36,832 bases of DNA from a virus: positions 1 through 36,832 of IMG/VR virus record IMGVR_UViG_3300020045_005151; one strand, given 5' to 3'. Of the stretch, positions 1 through 8,959 are shown in pieces. A program made the position numbers and the translations under genes. Under the pieces are notes generated by a model. That model was not told the origin of the DNA. It made no database searches and worked only from the letters and a program-made list of their open reading frames with translations. Position 1 is the first letter of the stretch; the number at the start of each line of letters is the position of its first letter.

Positions 1-121
1 AAACCGCATTATATTAATTCTTAATCCTGCAACAAAAGAGCATTTTATTTACAAACGTTTCTTTGAGGAGCGAGGAGTAAACGAGGGATTTAACGGAATT
101 AAAGACGATGTAACTTATATT
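1..121. repeat. left copy of the 121-bp terminal overlap (identical to 36712-36832); circular closure or assembly overlap
   Basis: Base-by-base identity read directly. The terL reading frame is continuous across the junction. Confidence 0.95.
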
Positions 122-769
122 CATACTACTTATTTAGATAATTTAGAAAACCTTGACCAAAGTTTTATAAATGAAGTTGAAAGGATTAAAGAAACAAACC
201 CTAATAAATATCAACATCAAATCTTAGGGGGTTGGTTAAACAAAGCAGAGGGTGTTATATTTTCAAACTGGCGTATCAATAAATTTATTGATACAGGTTT
301 CACTGCATTTGGTCAAGATTTTGGTTTTAGTGTTGACCCTACAACATTAATTCAGTGCTCAATCGACAAGACTAATAAAAAGATATACGCAAAAGAATTA
401 CTTTACAAAGCAGGATTAAATACTACAGAAATTTACAACGAAAACAATCGTTATTGCGGAACTAAAAACTTAATTATAGCAGATAGTGCCGAGCCTCGTT
501 TAATATCTGAATTACGCTCACGTGGTTTAAACATTAAAGGAATTGATAAACCTAAAATAGTTGATAGGATTGCATTACTGCAAGACTATGAATTGATTGT
601 TGACCCTGAATCAACTAATTTAGCTAAGGAATTAAATAATTATGTTTGGCACGATAAGAAGTCAGAAACACCAATAGACGATTACAACCACTTATTAGAT
701 GCTTTAGGTTATGTAGTATGGAATTTAATCGGAAAACCAAATCAAGGAAAATATATTTTTGATTATTAA
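1..769 (+). CDS. terL: terminase large subunit, C-terminal (nuclease) part; continuation of the ORF leaving the window at 36832 (codons start at nt 2)
   Basis: Open frame 2..766 with TAA at 767-769. Translation NRIILILNPATKEHF...TYLDN...GGW...GQDFGFSVDPT...ADSAEPR...DDYNHLLDALGY resembles PBSX/XtmB-type large terminases. Nt 1-121 duplicate 36712-36832. Confidence 0.9.
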   Translation, partial: NRIILILNPATKEHFIYKRFFEERGVNEGFNGIKDDVTYIHTTYLDNLENLDQSFINEVERIKETNPNKYQHQILGGWLNKAEGVIFSNWRINKFIDTGFTAFGQDFGFSVDPTTLIQCSIDKTNKKIYAKELLYKAGLNTTEIYNENNRYCGTKNLIIADSAEPRLISELRSRGLNIKGIDKPKIVDRIALLQDYELIVDPESTNLAKELNNYVWHDKKSETPIDDYNHLLDALGYVVWNLIGKPNQGKYIFDY

Positions 770-805
770 TTTATTAATTAACACGTAAAAAATTGTTATT
801 ATAAT

Positions 806-1477
806 ATGAGATTGACAATACCAACAGAGCAGAGCGAAATTACAATTGAGCAGTTTATAAAATATAACCGCTTAATAATATTAGAGAACATTTCAGAGTT
901 TGCTTTAATGATAGGAATAGTTGCTGTATTCTGTGATGTTACAACAGATAAAGCGATGGAAATTCCTTTTAACGAGGTTAAAGAAATAGCAAACCAATGT
1001 ATTGAAGTGCTTAATAAAGAAGTAGAACAGAAACGAGTTATAGAATTAACGTTTGATAACTTTGGATTTATTCCTAATTTAGACAATATTACAGCGGGAG
1101 AGTATATTGATTTAGATAAATATGCTGGAGATTTTGAAAACTATCATAGATTTATGGCTGTTGCTTTTAGACCGATAACAAAGAAAGTTTTTAACGATTA
1201 TTCGATTGAAAAATACGATGGTTCTGATAAGTATGCAGGACAAATGTTAAAAGCACCTTTGAGTATGTTATTGAGTTCACAGGTTTTTTTTTACAATTTA
1301 AGCAAGGAATTACTGAAAGCTACGAGGGATTATTTACAACAACCGACAGCGGAGATAGAACAATTGGAGAAAGTTTTGGAACAAAGTGGGGTTGGTATCA
1401 ATCAATTTATAGTGTTGCTGGAGGAGACTATTTCAACTTTACAAAAACAACTCAACTTAACATACACGAGTTTTTAA
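806..1477 (+). CDS. putative tail assembly chaperone-like protein (223 aa); possible -1 extension to 1539
   Basis: ORF track. Segment FGFIPNLDNITAGEYIDLDKY...NYHRFMAVAFRP resembles phage tail-assembly-chaperone families. It is the first gene after terL in the tail block. Confidence 0.4.
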   Translation: MRLTIPTEQSEITIEQFIKYNRLIILENISEFALMIGIVAVFCDVTTDKAMEIPFNEVKEIANQCIEVLNKEVEQKRVIELTFDNFGFIPNLDNITAGEYIDLDKYAGDFENYHRFMAVAFRPITKKVFNDYSIEKYDGSDKYAGQMLKAPLSMLLSSQVFFYNLSKELLKATRDYLQQPTAEIEQLEKVLEQSGVGINQFIVLLEETISTLQKQLNLTYTSF

Positions 1478-1539
1478 CATTTTTAGAGTTTAGAAACGAT
1501 TTAGCAAACGAGGAAAAGAAACAATTAAATAAGAAGTAA

Positions 1540-1995
1540 ATGGAATTTCTAACAACTATAAACTATTTAAAGGGATTACTTGAAAGTGATACTGATGTCG
1601 CTTTAGTAACTCACGGAGTTAGTAACGATATTGATTTAGATAAAAACGGAAACTATCCACTTGCTCACATTCAATTATTAAATTTTAATCCTCAACAACA
1701 ACAGGGAGTTATTAGTTTTCTATTTGAAATTAACATATTAAAGATTAGAGATAATAATAAAGTTCCATCAACTGACAAATGGTTACGAAACGATAATGAG
1801 TTACAAAACTATGATGACACTATAGCAATAGCAAATAGATTATTTGCAAGGTTAAGAAACTTAAATGATTTGAATATTGATTTATTAAACAATACACAAC
1901 CCGAAGTATTAAGTTTAGCTTTTACAAATATGTTAGATGGATGTATGTTTCAAATTGAATTAGGAATTACAAACGATGTCGATGGATGCAGTTAA
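1540..1995 (+). CDS. virion-module protein of unknown function (151 aa)
   Basis: ORF track. The start abuts the TAA at 1537-1539. It sits in the co-oriented structural block. Confidence 0.55.
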   Translation: MEFLTTINYLKGLLESDTDVALVTHGVSNDIDLDKNGNYPLAHIQLLNFNPQQQQGVISFLFEINILKIRDNNKVPSTDKWLRNDNELQNYDDTIAIANRLFARLRNLNDLNIDLLNNTQPEVLSLAFTNMLDGCMFQIELGITNDVDGCS

Positions 1996-2521
1996 AACAG
2001 AAAGCACGTTACAATCTTTTAATAAGTATGTTATCCAACAAGCGAGAACAAACTTAACAAAATATAAGCACAACGTAGATAAGAAACTATACAATAGTTT
2101 GAAAGGTTTTGTTTCAGTTGCTCCGAGAAGTTTTAGTTTAGCTTTTGAGATGGAGGATTATGGAAAGTTTCAAGACTTAGGAGTTAAAGGAAAATTTAGC
2201 AGTACAAAAGCACCGAATAGTCCTTTTAAGTTTGGAAGCGGAACAAGACAAAAAGGAGGTTTAACAAATGGAATAGTTAATTGGGTAACAAAGAAACGTT
2301 TTCAATTTAAAGATAGACAAACAGGTAAATTCTTAAGTTATAAAGAAACAGCTAATTTAATAAGTAGAAGCATTTATAGAACAGGAATAAAACCAACAGA
2401 GTTTTTTTCAAAACCTTTCAATAGTGCTTTTAAAAAATTACCAGACGATTTGATTGAAGCATACGGATTAGACGTAGAAACATTTTTACAATATACATTA
2501 GACAATGGCAAAAAAAGTTGA
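1976..2521 (+). CDS. virion-module protein of unknown function (181 aa; alternative ATG at 1982)
   Basis: ORF track. Short overlap with the upstream gene. Basic, G/K/F-rich middle region. Confidence 0.55.
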   Translation: MSMDAVKTESTLQSFNKYVIQQARTNLTKYKHNVDKKLYNSLKGFVSVAPRSFSLAFEMEDYGKFQDLGVKGKFSSTKAPNSPFKFGSGTRQKGGLTNGIVNWVTKKRFQFKDRQTGKFLSYKETANLISRSIYRTGIKPTEFFSKPFNSAFKKLPDDLIEAYGLDVETFLQYTLDNGKKS

Positions 2522-3917
2522 GATAAGATTAGGAGATAATCCAAGTAATAATGATTATGTTGCTTTTTTTCCTGTAGTACCAAGTGAGTTTTATTCATCA
2601 CTTACAACATTTACTTATAGAACAACTCCCACAAGTGGATTTATAACTATTGGCGCTACAAAATTAGATAGTATAACTAACTTATTTAACTTTGCAACTA
2701 CTTACTATTCAAGTTATGCGTGGGTTTCAGTAACACAAGTTACCGACGGAATTGATATTTTATTCAATGCAACCGATGTAACTTTTACAACCATAGGCAC
2801 TCCTATTGTTGGGGATTTAACTTTAGCTTTTATCGATGTAAGTATACAGCCTTTTACACGTGATAATATTATACTTTCAAGAGTTCCGTATAATTTAGAT
2901 ATACAGCCAACGATGGTATTTGATTTAGCCACTTTAAATATGAAAGTTTATAGAGGCACCGCAACAACTGACGCACCAAGTACAACTACGTTCCCTTTAT
3001 CAAAACCAGTTATACAAGCAGGACAAACAAAAATAAGGTTTGAAGTTTCAAAGTTTGTGAATGATTATTGCAAAAGTAATATACCAACATTCGGTACAAC
3101 AGGAGTTCATACTTCTACGAGTTATGATAGTGTTTGGTTAGATGCTGAAATAAACGCTTATTATTTAGGAACTAAAATAGGCACTTCTAATAAACAATAT
3201 TTGGCTATTGATGGCTTTGGATATCATACTGAATTATACAACCCTAAACTAACTAAAAACGTATTAACAACAAATACAACTCACATAGTTTATAGCGGTT
3301 CTGATTATCCTTTATATTTTGTTTCAAAAGATTTAGTTTCAATTACTATCGATGGTAGTAGCGTTTCTTTTACTTTAGATGATACAATAAACAATCAAAT
3401 AATAGCTTATGTAAATATCGGAGCGTATATTGGTACTCAATCGAGTTTTACAGCGGTTTTTAATTACGGAGCAACAACAGAAACACACACTTTTATAGTT
3501 AAAAACGCTTGTAAATATCCATTATATAATGTTTTCTTTAAAAATAAATTTGGTTTTTGGCAAAGTATTCCTTTTAACTTGCGTTCAAAATCAACTATTA
3601 ATGTAGAAAGTTCAGATTATATGCCTGTCGTTTCAACTTATGGCGCTTATTCTTTACAATCACATAATAAAAAATCATTCCAACCGAGCGCAAAAGAAGT
3701 AATAACACTAAATACAGACTACATTCCTGAGTATTATAATGATATTATTGAAGAAATGATGTTGTCGGAGTTTATTTATGTAGAAAATAATGGTGTTTAT
3801 TTACCTGTAAATCTAAATAAAAAGTCTATGGATAAGAAAACTAAAATGTTTGATAAACTTATTCAATATACTTTTGACTTTGAGTATAGTTTTAACTTAA
3901 TGAATAGCGTAATATAA
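2505..3917 (+). CDS. tail/baseplate structural protein (470 aa)
   Basis: ORF track. T/S/N-rich, beta-rich composition. Its stop overlaps the start of the 794-aa tail protein. Confidence 0.55.
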   Translation: MAKKVEIRLGDNPSNNDYVAFFPVVPSEFYSSLTTFTYRTTPTSGFITIGATKLDSITNLFNFATTYYSSYAWVSVTQVTDGIDILFNATDVTFTTIGTPIVGDLTLAFIDVSIQPFTRDNIILSRVPYNLDIQPTMVFDLATLNMKVYRGTATTDAPSTTTFPLSKPVIQAGQTKIRFEVSKFVNDYCKSNIPTFGTTGVHTSTSYDSVWLDAEINAYYLGTKIGTSNKQYLAIDGFGYHTELYNPKLTKNVLTTNTTHIVYSGSDYPLYFVSKDLVSITIDGSSVSFTLDDTINNQIIAYVNIGAYIGTQSSFTAVFNYGATTETHTFIVKNACKYPLYNVFFKNKFGFWQSIPFNLRSKSTINVESSDYMPVVSTYGAYSLQSHNKKSFQPSAKEVITLNTDYIPEYYNDIIEEMMLSEFIYVENNGVYLPVNLNKKSMDKKTKMFDKLIQYTFDFEYSFNLMNSVI

Positions 3918-6301
3918 TGGACGTACAAGTATATTTAAAGACTATCGACGAATTGAGTTACGAAAGGTTAGATTTATTTCAAGATGAAAAGATTGAGATT
4001 AATTTAAACGTTAAAAACTTAAGTGATATATCGAAAGTCCGTGCAGATTTTACGCAAAGTTTTTCTATTCCTACAAGTCCAAACAATAATACTCTTTTGT
4101 CTTATTGGTTTGATGCTGATGTTGACGGAACATTTAACGCCAACATTAGAATAGATGCTTATATCGAAGTGAATAGTATTCCTTTTCGTTTCGGTTCGGT
4201 GCAATTAGAAAGTAGTAAGTTAAAAAACGGATTGCCATATAGTTACTCAATTACTTTTTATGGTAACAGCGTAAACTTATCTGATAAATTTGCAGATGAA
4301 TATTTACGTGATTTAGATTTAAGCGCATTTAACCACGATTATACAAGTAGCGTTATAGATACAATTAACGATAGTTCAATTCATAGCGGTAACATATATT
4401 ATCCTCTTATTAATTGTCGTACTTATATGGATTATGGAAGTAATGCAGACCACGATTTAAAAAAGAACGGAAACACAATTACCTACAAAGACTTTAAACC
4501 TGCTATTCGTGATTTAAAAATTATTGAAGCTATTGAAACTAAATACGGAGTTACATTTTCACGTGACTTTTTTGACAGGTCAATATTTTATAATTCGTTT
4601 CTTTGGTTGCATAAAGAAAGCGGACAAATGAAAACTTCATCAACTGCTTTAGCAGTAGACTTTAATAGTATTTCAGTTATAACAGCAGATTGGAGTGTAA
4701 CAACACCAGAAGTTAATACAACAACTGACAGCGTTAAAATAGATTGGCAAAACAATTTTCCTGTTACATCGTGGATTCAACATAGATTTTGTACAATTAT
4801 TTATAAAATTACAACTGCATCAGTTTATAATTATAAGATTGAGGTTTTCGATAATGGAGTGTTGTACGAAACACATACTGGTTTAAATGGTAATAGCCAA
4901 ATATTAGTTTACCAAAATGGATATGCAAGTGACAACTCAAATCATTTATTTACTTTTAAAGTATCTTCTATTGAGGGGAATATAACATTCACATCATTGT
5001 TAACTTATATAGGTGCATTAGTTTTTGATAGTATAAAAAGAGAGATTCGTATGAGTTCAGGAAGTCAAACAACATCAAATGCAATACTAAAAATTAATGA
5101 GCAAATACCCGAGATAAAAGTAAAAGATTATTTTTCAAGTTTAATTAATCAATATAATTTAATTATAGTTCCTAAAAGTTCTACAGAATATTATATTGAT
5201 ACTTTAGACAATTGGTATAGTAAAGGCAAAGCATACGATATAAGTAGTTTAGTTGATTTAAAAGATATTACTATTACTAGACCAAAAGTAAAAAAACGTA
5301 TTGACTTTCTTTATCAAAAATCTGACACTATTTTAGCTAAACAATACTTCGATAATAATCAGTTAAGTTATGGAGATTTAAAAGCTACTTATAATATCAC
5401 AGGAGATGAAATGAAAATTGAAACGCAATTCGAGAATATGTTGTTTGAAAGATTAACAGATATTTCAACTGCTACTCAAACGGATTTACAATGCGGTTTC
5501 GCTGTTGATATTAATAACAATCCAATTAAAGGAAAACCTATTCGCTTTTATCGTAACGGATTAGAAAGCGACTACGTACATATTGACCACGTTTCACGCA
5601 CAGGAGTTTGGCACACGTCAACAGAGGATAATATAGTTTTTGAGCAAGTTACTTGCTCTATGAATTTTGGAGCGGATAACTCAAGTTATTTTTATAGTCC
5701 AATTGTTACAGGATTATATTATAACTTTTGGAAAACATACATAGAGGATTTATACAATAAAAAAACGAGAGTATTAAGTTTAAAATGTAAGTTACCGATT
5801 AGAATACTTTATAATTTAGGTTTAAACGATAGATTTATTATAGGAGATTATAAGTATAAAATTTCAAGCATCAAAACTGATTTAACAAATGGAGATAGTA
5901 TAATTGAAATATATACTGATTTAAGCTCGCCTTTAGATAGTGTAAATAATGTTAATCCTTTAACTATTGATAGTACAGAATATACAATTGATAGTGATAT
6001 AATTACAATCGATGCAGTTAGTACTTACGATCCTGTAACGTCTTATACTTTAAATGGTGTTTCTTTGACTACTTACGAAGCAACAAAAGGAGAAGAAAAC
6101 TTTGAAGTTAAAATAAGTGCTAATACTAACTGGAGCGTTTCGAGTTCTGATAGTTGGATAACACCAAACAAGTTAACAGGAAACAAAACAGACTATTTAA
6201 GAGTTAAAGTTGATACAAATTCAGGAAGCGCAAGAACAGGAACTTTAACAATTACAATCGGAACAGGAATACCTTTTACAATAACTATAAACCAAGCATA
6301 A
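3917..6301 (+). CDS. large tail-tip / host-recognition protein with C-terminal BACON-like domain (794 aa)
   Basis: ORF track. The C-terminus NFEVKISANTNWSVSSSDSWITPNKLTGNKTDYLRVKVDTNSGSARTGTLTITIG...ITINQ fits the BACON consensus (W..s.s..W..v.p..G......v.v..N....R.g.i.i). Confidence 0.6.
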   Translation: MDVQVYLKTIDELSYERLDLFQDEKIEINLNVKNLSDISKVRADFTQSFSIPTSPNNNTLLSYWFDADVDGTFNANIRIDAYIEVNSIPFRFGSVQLESSKLKNGLPYSYSITFYGNSVNLSDKFADEYLRDLDLSAFNHDYTSSVIDTINDSSIHSGNIYYPLINCRTYMDYGSNADHDLKKNGNTITYKDFKPAIRDLKIIEAIETKYGVTFSRDFFDRSIFYNSFLWLHKESGQMKTSSTALAVDFNSISVITADWSVTTPEVNTTTDSVKIDWQNNFPVTSWIQHRFCTIIYKITTASVYNYKIEVFDNGVLYETHTGLNGNSQILVYQNGYASDNSNHLFTFKVSSIEGNITFTSLLTYIGALVFDSIKREIRMSSGSQTTSNAILKINEQIPEIKVKDYFSSLINQYNLIIVPKSSTEYYIDTLDNWYSKGKAYDISSLVDLKDITITRPKVKKRIDFLYQKSDTILAKQYFDNNQLSYGDLKATYNITGDEMKIETQFENMLFERLTDISTATQTDLQCGFAVDINNNPIKGKPIRFYRNGLESDYVHIDHVSRTGVWHTSTEDNIVFEQVTCSMNFGADNSSYFYSPIVTGLYYNFWKTYIEDLYNKKTRVLSLKCKLPIRILYNLGLNDRFIIGDYKYKISSIKTDLTNGDSIIEIYTDLSSPLDSVNNVNPLTIDSTEYTIDSDIITIDAVSTYDPVTSYTLNGVSLTTYEATKGEENFEVKISANTNWSVSSSDSWITPNKLTGNKTDYLRVKVDTNSGSARTGTLTITIGTGIPFTITINQA

Positions 6302-6450
6302 TGATAGGATTAATTTTAAACTTATTACACTCTAACGATTGGATTGTGAAATCTGATATAATAGAACAAGCGAAAGGCAAACACGAACTCGCTACAAATA
6401 TAAAAACTGCAAAATGTAAATTAAGAAGACAATGGCAATCGAGAAAGTAA
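6301..6450 (+). CDS. small hypothetical protein (49 aa), below the track cutoff
   Basis: ATG at 6301 overlaps the upstream TAA (TAATG). 50 codons read by hand (MIGLILNLLHSNDWIVKSDIIEQAKGKHELATNIKTAKCKLRRQWQSRK). It overlaps the tape-measure start by 19 nt. Confidence 0.3.
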   Translation: MIGLILNLLHSNDWIVKSDIIEQAKGKHELATNIKTAKCKLRRQWQSRK

Positions 6451-8222
6451 TTAAAATAGATGTTGACCAAGTTAAAGCGATGGGCGGTTTGGAAGCGTTC
6501 AAACAATCCTTAACACAAACCGAAGAAAAAAGTCAATCTTTAAAAGCAGAGTTAGCGCAGTTAAAAAAACAATTAGCGTCTTTAGATGAGGGTACGGAAC
6601 AATACCAAACTATAGCAAAAAGAGCAGGAGAGGTTTCTGATAAGATAGGAGACATCAATACTAAAATTAAGAATTTAGGTAGTGATACAAAAAATATTGA
6701 TGCAGTTGTTCAAGGGGCGCAAACTTTATCGGGTGCTTTTTCTGTAGCAAGTTCAGCAAGTGCTTTGTTAGGAAGTGAAAACGAGGACTTACAAAAAACT
6801 ATGATGAAAGTTGAATCAGCTATTGGTTTGACTGTTGGTATTCAATCTATTGCAAACGCATTACAGAGAGAAAGTGCTTTAGCTATTGGAATAGCAAACG
6901 TAGCCACAAAGGTTCAAATGGGTTTACAAACCGCTTACGCTGTAGTAGTCGGAACAACAACAGGAGCGTTAAAAGCCTTAAGAGTGGCTTTAGTTTCAAC
7001 AGGCGTAGGTGTTTTAGTAATAGCCTTGGGTTATCTTATTTCTAAAATGAGTGAGAGTTCAGACGCTACTGCTGAAATGACAGATAAGCAAAAAGAACTT
7101 AATAAAGAATTAGAATATACAAAAGAGTTAACGGATGCTGAAATAAAATCTATTGATACAAGAACTCAACTATCTTTGGCTTACGCAAAAAAACGAGGCG
7201 CAAGTGATAAAGAATTGACTAAAATTCAAATTGAGGGTATTAATGAAAGGATTAATGCAAACCAAGATGAAATAAATAAAATAAAATCTTCACAAGATGA
7301 GGAGTATAACCTAACAAAAGAGCAAAATAAAAGAATACAAGATTTAAGAAGTCAAAATTTAGATTTATTACGTCAAGGTAGAATACAAGTTGCTAACTTT
7401 GAAGCAGACCAAGCTATTAAACAAAGAGAGATAGAACTAAAAAACGCAGAAGATGCTAAAAAAAGAAATCAAGAATTAAATGCAGAAAGACGTAAAGAAT
7501 CAGAGGAACAACGCAAAAAAGATTTAGAGGATTTAAGAGCGTTCCAAAAATTAATGTGGGACACGCATTTAGATAATGTAGCAGATGAAGCAGTACAAAA
7601 AAAGCAAGAAGATGAAGATAAACTAAAAAGATTAAGAGAAATAGGAGAGGCTTCCGATGCTATTGATAAAGAATTTGATAACAAAGAAATAGCAAACGCA
7701 CAAGCTGTTGCTGATTCAAAACTTGCTATACAAAACGCTCAATTAGATAATGTTTCTAATGGAATATCTTTACTTCAAAATTTAGGTATTAAAAATAAAG
7801 CAATACAAAAAGGGTTGTTAATTGCTGAAAGCGCAGCAGGTATTGCTAAAATCATCATTAATACAATGGCATCAAACGCTAAAGCTGTAGCGGCATCTCC
7901 ATTAACAGGAGGTATGCCATTTGTAGCAGTTAATACAATATCGGGTGCGTTAGGAGTAGCGTCTACAATAGCAGCAACAGCAAAAGGATTGAGTGCCTTA
8001 GGAGGTGGAAGTAGTTCGGGTGCTTCAATGCCAAGTGCAGGAGGAGGTTCGGCAAGTACACCTCCAAGTTTTAATATCGTAGGTCAAAACCCTAACAATC
8101 AATTAGCACAAAGCATAGCACAACAACAAAGCCAACCACTACAAGCATATGTAGTAAGTGGAAATATGACAAGCGCACAAAGTTTAGATAGGAATAAAAT
8201 AGATACTGCAACATTTAATTAA
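6432..8222 (+). CDS. tape measure-like protein (596 aa)
   Basis: N-terminal coiled coil, G/A-rich hydrophobic segments (AVVVGTTTGALKALRVALVSTGVGVLVIALG), a long K/E-rich coiled coil, then a second hydrophobic/Gly-rich C-terminal region. This is a typical tape-measure layout. Confidence 0.6.
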   Translation: MAIEKVIKIDVDQVKAMGGLEAFKQSLTQTEEKSQSLKAELAQLKKQLASLDEGTEQYQTIAKRAGEVSDKIGDINTKIKNLGSDTKNIDAVVQGAQTLSGAFSVASSASALLGSENEDLQKTMMKVESAIGLTVGIQSIANALQRESALAIGIANVATKVQMGLQTAYAVVVGTTTGALKALRVALVSTGVGVLVIALGYLISKMSESSDATAEMTDKQKELNKELEYTKELTDAEIKSIDTRTQLSLAYAKKRGASDKELTKIQIEGINERINANQDEINKIKSSQDEEYNLTKEQNKRIQDLRSQNLDLLRQGRIQVANFEADQAIKQREIELKNAEDAKKRNQELNAERRKESEEQRKKDLEDLRAFQKLMWDTHLDNVADEAVQKKQEDEDKLKRLREIGEASDAIDKEFDNKEIANAQAVADSKLAIQNAQLDNVSNGISLLQNLGIKNKAIQKGLLIAESAAGIAKIIINTMASNAKAVAASPLTGGMPFVAVNTISGALGVASTIAATAKGLSALGGGSSSGASMPSAGGGSASTPPSFNIVGQNPNNQLAQSIAQQQSQPLQAYVVSGNMTSAQSLDRNKIDTATFN

Positions 8223-8224
8223 AC

Positions 8225-8256
8225 AAAAAAGCACCTCTGGAAAGGTGCTTTAAATT
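8225..8256 (+). terminator. intrinsic terminator ending the packaging/tail operon
   Basis: Stem GCACCT (8231-8236) / AGGTGC (8243-8248), loop CTGGAA, then T-rich tract. It lies directly after the tape-measure stop codon. Confidence 0.7.
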
Positions 8257-8476
8257 TTTATAATAAAAACTAACAAAAAAATATAATGACTTTTATAATA
8301 TAAACATACAAAAAAACCCGAATAAAGTCGTAAATCAGAATGTAAGAACGTTTTAGTTTTTTGTTTGTATTGTTCAAGCAAAACAAACATTAGTTTTAAA
8401 CACAATTCAAATGTAATATATTATTTTTAATAAACAATATTTATATATTAATTTATATTAATTCTAAATAACTAAC

Positions 8477-8510
8477 AAAAAAAGCACTCAATAAAACGAG
8501 TGCCTTTTAT
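8477..8510 (-). terminator. intrinsic terminator of the reverse-strand gene (hairpin also readable on +)
   Basis: Stem GCACTC (8484-8489) / GAGTGC (8498-8503). On the minus strand the hairpin is followed by T7 (A-run 8477-8483 on +). It lies about 40 nt past the stop of the 8552-8893 gene. Confidence 0.65.
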
Positions 8511-8551
8511 GCTATTAACCAACTTTTAGAAATTATGACTACGCAAATATA

Positions 8552-8893
8552 TTAAAAATATATTTCACTTTTTAATTTTTCTATTTTATTTTTTATATCA
8601 AATAAATTAGTACTGCTATTAAAATAATATTTCACTTTACTATTATCCAAAACGCATTCGTTATACCAAGTTATAATTTGAAATAAATATTTACGCTTTC
8701 TTAATTTAGATATTAAACACCAATAAGGATGATAATAAGGTAAATATACACTATTACATTTTCCTTTAAAATCATTTATTTTAGAATTACTTTGAGAGTA
8801 TTTATAGTTTTCATTTAAAAACATAGTCCATTTATCCCAATCATTATTAAATGAGTTTAGTGTTTTATTTTTAAATGTTTTTAAACATATCAT
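8552..8893 (-). CDS. hypothetical protein (113 aa); the only reverse-strand gene; moron-like cassette
   Basis: ORF track. Own TAnnTTTG box and own terminator. Visibly more AT-rich than its neighbours. Aromatic/Cys/Lys-rich with no TM segment and no motif I recognise. Confidence 0.6.
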   Translation of the reverse strand: MICLKTFKNKTLNSFNNDWDKWTMFLNENYKYSQSNSKINDFKGKCNSVYLPYYHPYWCLISKLRKRKYLFQIITWYNECVLDNSKVKYYFNSSTNLFDIKNKIEKLKSEIYF

Positions 8894-8897
8894 AAAA

Positions 8898-8905
8898 CAA
8901 ATATA
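8898..8905 (-). promoter_or_regulatory. -7 box TATATTTG (minus strand), 4 nt upstream of the reverse gene ATG
   Basis: CAAATATA on + equals TATATTTG on -, matching the Bacteroidota TAnnTTTG consensus. No clear -33 TTG. Confidence 0.45.
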
Positions 8906-8959
8906 TAAAACTTTTTTAAAATAAATGTTTACTTAAATATTTTTTTTTGTTATTAAGTT

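Noticed and set aside
8268-8483. An exact 14-bp direct repeat, AACTAACAAAAAAA, at 8268-8281 and 8470-8483, considered as possible att-like or insertion junction repeats flanking the AT-rich spacer.
   Set aside because: Half of the repeat is an A-run in a very AT-rich region, so a chance match is plausible. No integrase or transposase is present, and the second copy doubles as the T-tract of the reverse gene terminator.
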